Source: Candidatus Enterousia scatequi (GTDB lineage Bacteria > Pseudomonadota > Alphaproteobacteria > Rs-D84). Taken from it: a stretch of DNA of 64,000 nucleotides. The notes beneath the pieces were generated by a model. The model did no database searches. It was not told the DNA's origin and saw nothing but the letters and a program-made list of their open reading frames with translations. Position numbers and translations under genes: made by a program. The stretch's first letter is position 1; each line of letters opens with the position of its first letter. The DNA lies in contig JAGHVG010000003.1 of assembly GCA_018064405.1 (NCBI GenBank), forward strand, positions 49,152 to 113,151. Reading direction: 5' to 3'. Shown here one piece after another: positions 37,611 through 45,931 of this stretch.

Positions 37611-39254
37611 TTATTCCTGGCCCTGTGGTTTTGGTATAACAAACGTATCGTTATAATACGACAAGAAACGCGTTCCTGTGGCACAATATATTTTTTGCAG
37701 TGAATCCTTATACTCACGAACCGCGGCAACCCAACGTTCGTTAATATCACTCTGGGCACCCTGGTACGCAACAAATCCTCCCAGCGCGCCACCCGCACCC
37801 GCACCAATCAAGGTTGACTTTAACCGTGCCTTGTTCCCCAAATCAACAATTCCACCATCAGATGCATCCTGATAAATTGGGTTAAAGAAATTCATGTCAT
37901 AGTCCGTTGCCCCCGTAGAATCACCCATATTGTTACGCAGATATATTGGACCACTTAATCTGCCACGCAAATCGGACCAATCTGATTTTTTCCAACCGAA
38001 TGGCTTATTTGGTAATGTGTTTAACATTTCAACCATAACTGCCTTGGCCGCACCATTTGGAATAGCCGCCGATTCCACAAGATAATACATAGCTGCATCA
38101 AAATCACATTGGGTTGCAACAGAACCGTTAACCTGTTGACAATATGCAGGCGACGCCACTGCAAATTTTTCCAATTCATCTGCATTCATATCAGATAAAT
38201 ATGTGACTTGTTTCTCACGATCCTTGATATTCGTATCCAAATACTTGTCCATATTGGTCAACTTAACCTGGGTCAGATTCACGATTTGACATGCAGAATT
38301 GTCACTTGTACACTCTAATCCGCGACTGTTTTTTATATCATAATAGTATTTTTTATTTTGGTCTGTTTGCTCGGTTTCAATGTACGCGCCCCACAGGCAT
38401 TTGGCTGATCGGCCATCTATTTTACAATTTTCAATTCGCATCACAGAATCGCCGGATGCCGCCATATTTCCAATTACACCACCCGCGGCCATGTTCACAC
38501 CCGTTGATAAAATAATATCACCTGCAACCTTGCCAGAATAAGTGCTGCCCGCCATCAATGCCGCACCCGACAACGCGCCAATTGCGGTTCCTGTGATTTT
38601 ACCCTTGTCTGTTCCAATCAAGCCATTTTTACCAACATCATTTTTGCCAGCTATGTTCCCACCAATTCCACCAACCAATGCCGCAGCAGCAATTTTTAAC
38701 CCAGCATTTTGTTTTTGTTCCTGGTCCATGACCTTGGTTACATCTTCTATTGTTGGTTCTTTATCCGCAGGGAATATGACATTTTCAGCCACAGCCGTAA
38801 TAGAATATTCAGGGAAATAATCAATATTACATTTTATCCCGTCGCCAGTAGCAACATTCGCGCGTGCCAAAACCAAGTCACTGCCGTTTTCACCCATTTG
38901 ATATCCACGCAATTCAACAACCGCGACACATTGACGCGGTCCAGCCGCAGACAGCCCTGCCGTTGGTTTATCAATCGCAAACGACCCAGTTGGGTAAATC
39001 ATAGAACACATATCTAAATCAGTGTCGGTCGAAATGTTATCCGCAACGACGTTTGGCGCGGCCACCATTTGTTGGTTCACAGGCACTGTTTCGAGAATCT
39101 GCGCAGTTGTTGGCGCAGCATATAAATTATTTTGCATATTCATTTTGGCGTTATAGACACGCGCAGAATTATTATCTATGCGCAACGCAGCCACGGCTTC
39201 TATATCTGGGACAGAAACAAACAAAACTGGTAAAATAATTAAACTTTTTTTCAT
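37611..39254 (-). CDS. large secreted protein with an internal glycine-zipper segment
   Basis: From MKKSLIILPVLFVSVPDIEAVAA. Gly-zipper-like stretch AAALVGGIGGNIAGKNDVGKNGLIGTDKGKITGTAIGALSGAALMAGSTYSGKVAG. Multiple Cys pairs. The annotated ORF starts 12 codons upstream at 39290. Confidence 0.55.
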   Translation of the reverse strand: MKKSLIILPVLFVSVPDIEAVAALRIDNNSARVYNAKMNMQNNLYAAPTTAQILETVPVNQQMVAAPNVVADNISTDTDLDMCSMIYPTGSFAIDKPTAGLSAAGPRQCVAVVELRGYQMGENGSDLVLARANVATGDGIKCNIDYFPEYSITAVAENVIFPADKEPTIEDVTKVMDQEQKQNAGLKIAAAALVGGIGGNIAGKNDVGKNGLIGTDKGKITGTAIGALSGAALMAGSTYSGKVAGDIILSTGVNMAAGGVIGNMAASGDSVMRIENCKIDGRSAKCLWGAYIETEQTDQNKKYYYDIKNSRGLECTSDNSACQIVNLTQVKLTNMDKYLDTNIKDREKQVTYLSDMNADELEKFAVASPAYCQQVNGSVATQCDFDAAMYYLVESAAIPNGAAKAVMVEMLNTLPNKPFGWKKSDWSDLRGRLSGPIYLRNNMGDSTGATDYDMNFFNPIYQDASDGGIVDLGNKARLKSTLIGAGAGGALGGFVAYQGAQSDINERWVAAVREYKDSLQKIYCATGTRFLSYYNDTFVIPKPQGQE

Positions 39255-39295
39255 ACTCTCTCCCCACCACACATATACACGCCAAGACAATATTT

Positions 39296-40381
39296 TTAGA
39301 ATTGCAATCTTAATCTGGCACCAACATCAATCATTCCCAGGCGTCCGCTTTCGTACCAATTTGTAAATTGGAACACAGCATCATATGGTGCTTCATAATC
39401 TGGGGGCATCCCTGTTGCTAACAATTGAGTTTGAGATACGACGATACTGCCAGACGTTTGCACTTTACCAAGATTGGCATAACGTGCAAATAAATCTAAC
39501 TTTAAACCACCAGACAAATCTGCCGTTACACCCGCTTCAAGCGAGAAAGCTAACCGTTCCACAGAACCACCGTTGTGATAACCATAAATATCATAAACCC
39601 CAGTAATAGGATTAGGATCCGAAGGATCAACTGTTGAAGGATCTTCAACAAAATAATACGGCCCACTATCATAAACAACATAATCGGCGATGGTATTAAA
39701 TGCCACCCCAACACCACCACCAATATACGGACGCAAAGATCCACCGGCAATATACCCTGTAAATGAATCAATATTATAATAAATGTTTAACATTGCCGCA
39801 TTTGCAGTAATTGCACCACCACTGGTTTTTGCAGGAACATATCCACCACTACCATCAGCCGTATCAACAGAATCAGGATAAGACAACCCCGAATACCGCA
39901 AATAAGAAACATCTATACGTAAATCACTGTTTACGGCGGCACCGACAGAAACCTGTAATGGAATTACTGTATCTGATTTAAAATTCCCCTCTCGAAAAGC
40001 ACCAGGGGCGTCGTAAGACCCAGATTCACCTGCATAATCAGCAGAAATGCCACCATTAACACTAGCAGTATATGCGGCAGATATACCAACATATAAACCA
40101 CTATCCGCCAAACGATCATAATCCGCAGGTTGATAATATTGACGTCCTGCAGTTGTGGCCGCCGTTCCAACACGTGGCAACGCACCCGTTATGCGTGTTG
40201 GCTGCGCAGCAACTGCAGAATTTACAGCCACCGTCCTATTCCCATTTGAAGGTAAATAAACAACCGGCGCAGATGCGGAAACCGCACGTCCGTTTTGATA
40301 CACCGGATACGCGGCATCAACCGATGTTGCATCAACAATCAACACCCCAGCCAAAAGCCCAAGAAAACCAATCTTTTTCAT
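39296..40381 (-). CDS. outer-membrane beta-barrel protein
   Basis: Signal peptide MKKIGFLGLLAGVLIV...VDA. Alternating amphipathic beta-strands rich in Gly/Tyr. C-terminal aromatic residue (...ARLRLQF). Confidence 0.6.
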   Translation of the reverse strand: MKKIGFLGLLAGVLIVDATSVDAAYPVYQNGRAVSASAPVVYLPSNGNRTVAVNSAVAAQPTRITGALPRVGTAATTAGRQYYQPADYDRLADSGLYVGISAAYTASVNGGISADYAGESGSYDAPGAFREGNFKSDTVIPLQVSVGAAVNSDLRIDVSYLRYSGLSYPDSVDTADGSGGYVPAKTSGGAITANAAMLNIYYNIDSFTGYIAGGSLRPYIGGGVGVAFNTIADYVVYDSGPYYFVEDPSTVDPSDPNPITGVYDIYGYHNGGSVERLAFSLEAGVTADLSGGLKLDLFARYANLGKVQTSGSIVVSQTQLLATGMPPDYEAPYDAVFQFTNWYESGRLGMIDVGARLRLQF

Positions 40382-40479
40382 CCTCGTCTGCTTTCCTTCA
40401 GACATAGTATATCATAAAATGTCTTTTGTGTAAAAGGTTTTATTACACCCCGAAAATACTTTTATATAAACAAAATCTA

Positions 40480-41502
40480 CTAAAAGACCACATTAACCCG
40501 CACACCCGCTTCTGCCTTGATATCGGTTCCATTTTGGGACTGTGCATGCGATTTATCAAACGTATATTCTGCAAACGCAGCAAATTGAATCATGTCGGTC
40601 ATTTGATACGCACCAACGACCTTTAACACATATTCATTCCAACCATCATTCATATCAGCAGTTTGTGCAAGCAAACTATCAACCACCTTTTGTTGCCACT
40701 CAGGGCCAACGATAGATTCATTTAATTTTGTATGAATACTTTTGATACTGTTATCCCTGTGTTCAATAAATTCAAAACCACCACCCACAGACCATTTCTT
40801 AGACAACTGAACAAATGCATTTATACCACTATTAATCTCATGCGTACTGGCCAAATCCACAGATATTTCACTTGGGATACCAACCATACCCATCGTAATA
40901 GGCACACCAACAGCAATAGGACTATTTTGATCTATCCTTACTTTGTTATTATGATTTCCAAATGTTTGCAAATATTCGCCATACGCAGACAACGTAAAAT
41001 TGCCCCACGTCTTGCCTAGTTTGGTTCCACCATACATTCCCCAACGACCGTTAGAATAATTATCATATGTAAAATTACCATTTGAATATTTACCCTCCAT
41101 CGGCATCAGGGCTGATAAATATGCCTCACCATAAACATCCCAAAGGATTGGTGAATCATCCGCTAAAATACGATACGTCAATCCGACACGACCACGATGC
41201 ATACCCTTGCGATTAATGGAATCATCCTGGGTCCACCCAAAACGCCCATGCACCGCCAAGCGATCTGTTATACCATAACCCAAATCTTCGGTAAAACGCC
41301 ATATTGGAAATTCGTCATTTCCGTCCATGTGTTTTTTCTTTAATGCTTCTGTATGATCAGAACGCTTATACATCAAACCCATACCTGATTTAGAATAAAA
41401 ATCACCCGCAGATGGCAAATACATCGGATGTTCCATATTCCCCGCGAACGCGTAACCCGTTATCATAGTGGCGGTGCAAATCACGAATAAAAAATGTTTC
41501 AT
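40480..41502 (-). CDS. outer-membrane beta-barrel protein (porin-like)
   Basis: Signal peptide MKHFLFVICTATMITGYAFA. Beta-strand periodicity. C-terminus ...GVRVNVVF. Confidence 0.6.
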   Translation of the reverse strand: MKHFLFVICTATMITGYAFAGNMEHPMYLPSAGDFYSKSGMGLMYKRSDHTEALKKKHMDGNDEFPIWRFTEDLGYGITDRLAVHGRFGWTQDDSINRKGMHRGRVGLTYRILADDSPILWDVYGEAYLSALMPMEGKYSNGNFTYDNYSNGRWGMYGGTKLGKTWGNFTLSAYGEYLQTFGNHNNKVRIDQNSPIAVGVPITMGMVGIPSEISVDLASTHEINSGINAFVQLSKKWSVGGGFEFIEHRDNSIKSIHTKLNESIVGPEWQQKVVDSLLAQTADMNDGWNEYVLKVVGAYQMTDMIQFAAFAEYTFDKSHAQSQNGTDIKAEAGVRVNVVF

Positions 41503-41575
41503 CACATAACTCCCTTTCATCACAGCGTAACTTTTAAGATTTTATACTAATAGACATACAAATGTCAAAAAGATA

Positions 41576-42814
41576 TTATTTATGTTTATATGCCAACACA
41601 TATTCAGTCAAATTATCAAATACATTTTCACACCACGTGCGCGGTATAACAATAGCATTTCCCTGACCTGCAGACATTTTTGATAATCTTTCGTTGTTTT
41701 TAGCATTGATTATTTCAGGCAACACAACATCACATTTTGGACCATTTGGCAAAATGAAAGTTATTGTATCCCCAGATTTAATTTCGTTACGTAATTCAAA
41801 AACAATTTCATTACCTGTATTTTTTGTGACCACCCCTGCGGCATGATATTCAGACGATGAACGTGTTGTTTCATAATCATGTGCGGTCGCGGGCAACGGG
41901 CCATCAAAAAATGCCGTTGTGTATCCACGCGATTCCAATATATTTAAATCGTCCATAAATGGTTGAGGATTAAAATTCTGGGGATCAGATGCCCATGCAT
42001 CAATCGCAGCCCTATATGCACGCACGACCGACCCAACATAATATTCACTGCGATTACGACCTTCTATTTTTAATGAATCTGGGGCGGACGCTAAAACATC
42101 TGCTAAACGTGGCATCAAGCATAGATCTTTGGAATTCATAATATATGCCCCCCGTTCATCTTCATCAATCGGCATTTCAATTCCCGATTCGTGTTCACGC
42201 AGAATAACATCATATTTCCACCGACATAGTTGTGCGCATGCGCCACGATTTGACGGACGTCCTGTTATGAAATTAGACAGCAAACACCGCCCAGAATACG
42301 CCATACACATTGCACCATGAACAAAGATTTCCAATTTGATATCGGGGCATTGTTTTCTGATATTAACGAATTCGTTATGAGAAACCTCACGCGATAGAAC
42401 ACACAACGATGCCCCTGCATTTTGCCAAAACTTTACAGACGCAGCAGAACATATATTTGCCTGGGTTGAAATATGTATCGGCATATCGGGGAAATTTTCT
42501 TTGCTCCACATCATAACACCCGCATCTGCGACAATTAATGCATCAGGTTTAAGGTATTCAATTACTTCACGAACGCGTGGCATATTGGCATAGTCCCGAT
42601 CGTGTGCAAACAAATTAAAAGCTAAATAAACTTTTTTTCCATGTGTATGTGCGAAATCGATTCCCTGTTTTACACCATCTATATCAATTTTTGCACGTGC
42701 GCGCATAGAAAACCCCGGCAGCCCTGCATAAACAGCATCCGCCCCATACAGCACAGCCGTTTTAAACGCATCCAATGTTCCCGCAGGTGCCAAAAGTTCG
42801 GGTATTTTTAACAT
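41576..42814 (-). CDS. peptidase U32 family protein (RlhA/TrhP/YegQ-like)
   Basis: U32 signature E-x-F-x-x-G-[SA]-[LIVM]-C-x-4-G-x-C-x-[LIVM]-S is present (EIFVHGAMCMAYSGRCLLS). N-terminal TIM-barrel region. 412 aa. Confidence 0.85.
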   Translation of the reverse strand: MLKIPELLAPAGTLDAFKTAVLYGADAVYAGLPGFSMRARAKIDIDGVKQGIDFAHTHGKKVYLAFNLFAHDRDYANMPRVREVIEYLKPDALIVADAGVMMWSKENFPDMPIHISTQANICSAASVKFWQNAGASLCVLSREVSHNEFVNIRKQCPDIKLEIFVHGAMCMAYSGRCLLSNFITGRPSNRGACAQLCRWKYDVILREHESGIEMPIDEDERGAYIMNSKDLCLMPRLADVLASAPDSLKIEGRNRSEYYVGSVVRAYRAAIDAWASDPQNFNPQPFMDDLNILESRGYTTAFFDGPLPATAHDYETTRSSSEYHAAGVVTKNTGNEIVFELRNEIKSGDTITFILPNGPKCDVVLPEIINAKNNERLSKMSAGQGNAIVIPRTWCENVFDNLTEYVLAYKHK

Positions 42815-43299
42815 TAACGCACCTTATTAAAGTTAAATATTTTTTTAAACACATTAGCCAATGAATGCTTGTGCATTGTTGCTGGTGTATAATTGTTCCT
42901 CGCAACATTTGGATATAATTGCGCCAATCTGCTTATGCATTGTTTTTCTATACACGACAAACGCCAAAAATCCGACCCAGCGTTTTCGTGCCCATCAATA
43001 TCATCAATATATGATGCAGATGCATCTGACATTAAATATTTTGTTGTATGCCTGTCAGCACCCGCCGACACAGAATACAATTCCAGTATAATTTTTTTTG
43101 AATATGATCCCTGTATTTTGCGCACTAATTCATATTTATTATCTATGACATACGTTATGTTATAGCGGTTAAGATTATCCGCATGTTCAAACAACCCGGC
43201 CAAAGACAAAGCCGTTCTGAAATCAATATTTTTGGCACCAGATATTGCATCCGACACTGCACCAGCATCATTCAATGACAAACTATACATGCCACACAA
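42814..43299 (-). CDS. hypothetical protein (161 aa), translationally coupled upstream of the U32 gene
   Basis: Its stop overlaps the U32 start by 1 nt. No confident family assignment. Confidence 0.4.
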   Translation of the reverse strand: MCGMYSLSLNDAGAVSDAISGAKNIDFRTALSLAGLFEHADNLNRYNITYVIDNKYELVRKIQGSYSKKIILELYSVSAGADRHTTKYLMSDASASYIDDIDGHENAGSDFWRLSCIEKQCISRLAQLYPNVARNNYTPATMHKHSLANVFKKIFNFNKVR

Positions 43300-43395
43300 C
43301 CCCCTTTGTATAAAACTATCCAGGGTGCATATTTTTTACCATTATTTTGAAAAAGCAAGCATTTTTAAATTGTCATGATTGAACAAAATAAAAAA

Positions 43396-43418
43396 ACGGG
43401 GCAATACCCGTTTTTTTT
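43396..43418. terminator. terminator ACGGGGCAATACCCGT with a T8 run
   Basis: Read from the sequence. Confidence 0.55.
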
Positions 43419-43878
43419 ATTTTAACCGATCCAATACCTTTTGAATTTTAGCCAATTCAGCTTGTTCGTTGTTTTTTTTGAATGCAGCGCTGGCCTTCAC
43501 TTGACGTGCTGCATCATCCATTTTTCTTTTTTTATTGGCCTTTTTTATCAATACATCTTTACGTTCACGTGCATAATCCAACAAATCTGTGAACCAACGT
43601 GATCGCTGCTGTTGCCAAGAATCATTATTAACAAAAAAACACATCACTGAATAAATATCTTTTCCATCCTTGACCACCGTTAACCTTTTCGGTTCTGTCA
43701 CTTTAAAGTGTATTTCCATATCATCCAACAAAAAACATTCAACGTTACCTTTGTATTCCACGCTTATTTGCCCAGATTTTCCTATTTTATCCGCCAATGT
43801 ATCAAACAAAGCCCTTTCTTTTCTGTATTGTTTATTAAAAATTAATGACAATCCCATAAGACACTCCTTAATTACCAT
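43417..43878 (-). CDS. hypothetical protein (153 aa), basic C-terminus
   Basis: ORF with a terminator immediately downstream. No recognisable domain. Confidence 0.4.
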   Translation of the reverse strand: MVIKECLMGLSLIFNKQYRKERALFDTLADKIGKSGQISVEYKGNVECFLLDDMEIHFKVTEPKRLTVVKDGKDIYSVMCFFVNNDSWQQQRSRWFTDLLDYARERKDVLIKKANKKRKMDDAARQVKASAAFKKNNEQAELAKIQKVLDRLK

Positions 43879-43967
43879 GGTAATGGTATCACACTTATTA
43901 CGCTAAGTCAATTTGTTGAAAAAACACTTGAAATCGTGAAAACAAATATGTAATATATGCGGTGCGT

Positions 43968-44043
43968 CGCCGGTTTAGCTCAGCTGGTAGAGCATCTGAT
44001 TTGTAATCAGAGGGTCGTTGGTTCAAGTCCGACAACCGGCACC
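43968..44043 (+). tRNA. trnT: tRNA-Thr (anticodon UGU), CCA encoded
   Basis: GCCGGTTTAGCTCAGCTGGTAGAGCATCTGATTTGTAATCAGAGGGTCGTTGGTTCAAGTCCGACAACCGGCACCA. Anticodon stem TCTGA/TCAGA with loop UUUGUAA. Confidence 0.85.
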
Positions 44044-44050
44044 AGAAATA

Positions 44051-44080
44051 AAACACCGCCCAAATGGGCGGTGTTGTTTT
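44051..44080 (+). terminator. terminator AACACCGCCCAAATGGGCGGTGTT + T-rich tail, after tRNA-Thr
   Basis: 10-bp stem. Confidence 0.6.
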
Positions 44081-44105
44081 GATATGTTTTGCGTGATACC
44101 GCTCA

Positions 44106-44881
44106 TCAATTGCCGACGGACGAGAAGACGCTAGAACGAATGCCCGAGTTGAACCGGACGTAGTACCCGCAGAAGTACGCACAATAGTTCGCGCAACCGG
44201 CCGCATTGACGCTGTCGGGGGGGGAAACCCAACGCGACACAGCCGGAAACGTCATTTTACACCAGCAATACTGTCCCTTATCTGTTTGGTTAAAGTTTTG
44301 GTTCGTAGATTGTGCATATGTACCAGGTGTGCTATACACGATGCTATGCCCGTTACTTTATCACCTGTATATAATGTTGCACCCCATGTTTGGTCTGTTG
44401 TCAGGCCGTATGTAGCGGTGTTACTGGTCAATGCACCAGATTCCCCAGTGCTATCATTCATATAGCCGTAATCTGTCCCATTCGGACCGGGATCTATACA
44501 CTGACTAAAACCGAGGCAGTATTGTCCATTTGGGCATTGTGAATGTGGAACAAGTTCAAATACAAAATTGCCTGTATTGCCGTTCCATACTAGGTTATAC
44601 CGACCACCACTCGGGCCTGTTGGTAATTTATCCTGTTTCGTTGAATCGTGGTAACTGGTTGTTATATATCCACTATCGTTCGTAAATGAACTTATGGTTG
44701 TTGGAACGGTGGGGATCGTTGGCGTATTGCTTAAATCATTATACGAACCTGTCTTTGCAACCGTCGGCAAAGAATCAACAACACTATCCACATAGCCCAC
44801 TGATGCAATATCGGCGTATGATATATTACATATTGTTATTAAACCTAATATTATAAATATTCGTTTCATTCCCTTTCGCAC
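44106..44881 (-). pseudogene. secreted tail-fibre-like/Cys-rich family protein, paralog 3, disrupted by a 1-nt frameshift near 44335-44345; contains a C8/G8 homopolymer (44217-44224)
   Basis: ORF 44252-44881 reads MKRIFIILGLITICNISYADIASVGYVDS...RYNLVWNGNTGNFVFELV...YGLTTDQTWGATLYTGDKVTGIASC, then derails. ORF 44106-44339 in the -1 frame continues STPGTYAQS...YCWCKMTFPAVSRWVSPPDS...CANYCAYFC...SVGN, colinear with paralog 1. Confidence 0.55.
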
Positions 44882-45085
44882 TCCCCCGATTTAATCTTGG
44901 TGGTGGCGTATCAATGCGCTAAATACACCACCAAAAAAACCAATAAGTCTCACAAATATAATGGTACATAAACCAAGGTTTTTGCACCGCCCCAAAACAG
45001 CCCCAAATCAAAAAAGCGGTAAAACCCGTCTATGCATAAGAATTCTGCGGGTTTCAAGCAATAATTATGGGTGGAAAATTTTTAT

Positions 45086-45133
45086 AAAAAAGTGGTTGAA
45101 AAAAAACCTTAGTTTTTTTTGCACCACTTTTTT
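45086..45133. repeat. 48-bp AT-rich palindrome (AAAAAAGTGGTTGAAAAAAAACCTTAGTTTTTTTTTGCACCACTTTTTT)
   Basis: Outer arms AAAAAAGTGGT / ACCACTTTTTT are perfect. The inner A8/T9 arms are nearly perfect. Located upstream of paralog 3. Confidence 0.4.
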
Positions 45134-45186
45134 GTATTTAACTGTTTGATTTTTGTATATATTTTGAAAGTTGTGAAGCCACAAAA

Positions 45187-45206
45187 AAACGCACCAAATG
45201 GTGCGT
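45187..45206 (-). terminator. terminator hairpin AACGCACCAAATGGTGCGTT after the thioesterase gene (identical to 35567-35586)
   Basis: Read from the sequence. Confidence 0.6.
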
Positions 45207-45208
45207 TT

Positions 45209-45931
45209 TTAATTCCAATAACACACAACATGTGCCTTAGATTCAGATCCAACACGAATCTGGTGCAAACTCTTGTGTGGGGTCAATTCAACATCAACGT
45301 TTACACTTGGTACATTTGCCGGTATTTCATGTTCAAAATAAATTTCTATACCTGACAATTTATGTGTGTTACGAAATTCAAACCCAACACTTTCGGTTGC
45401 CCAACTGGCATAAACCGCATTATTTATATGCTGGTTCACATCAACATCATCATAACGACAATTAAAAACATGTGTCGCGTTCGGATTAATTGATGGCGCA
45501 CGATTAAATTCACGATCCCACGCACGAACATTTAATTGTTCATATTGTGGTAGTGTATCATCCAAACGCATTGGCCTGCGCGTATTCATATTTATTAATG
45601 CCCACTGGCTGGTTGCACGAACACGAATCCGCCCATGCGCATCACGGATTTCATAATCACGAATTGCACGCAGGCCATTATTCTTAACCGGCCACGACGA
45701 CACCAGTAATTGTTCGTTTTCATGTGGTGCATCAACAATATCAACAAACATGTGTGTCACAACCCAACCAACACCATGCTGGGCACAATACGACCGACCA
45801 AACCCCAACATTTCCGCATTACGATCCGCAACCGCCTGTAATTCATTCATTAACATTACAGGACGCACAATGCCATACCTGTCACATTGATAGGTTTTTA
45901 AAATTCTCTCTTCCGTTGTTTTTGATGTCAT
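45209..45931 (-). CDS. acyl-ACP thioesterase family protein (hot-dog fold)
   Basis: 240 aa with two hot-dog halves. Conserved thioesterase features include NQHINNAVY. Overlaps the valS stop by 4 nt. Confidence 0.7.
   Translation of the reverse strand: MTSKTTEERILKTYQCDRYGIVRPVMLMNELQAVADRNAEMLGFGRSYCAQHGVGWVVTHMFVDIVDAPHENEQLLVSSWPVKNNGLRAIRDYEIRDAHGRIRVRATSQWALINMNTRRPMRLDDTLPQYEQLNVRAWDREFNRAPSINPNATHVFNCRYDDVDVNQHINNAVYASWATESVGFEFRNTHKLSGIEIYFEHEIPANVPSVNVDVELTPHKSLHQIRVGSESKAHVVCYWN

Noticed and set aside
43879-43967. Possible small RNA between the 43417 gene and tRNA-Thr
   Set aside because: Only 89 nt with no conserved structure recognisable by eye. It is more likely the tRNA promoter region.
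34016-44881. Prophage interpretation of the tail-fibre-like genes
   Set aside because: No capsid, terminase, integrase, baseplate or tail-sheath genes anywhere nearby. Neighbours are RNase J, OMPs, the U32 peptidase, and tRNA-Thr without an adjacent integrase. A domesticated adhesin family fits better.
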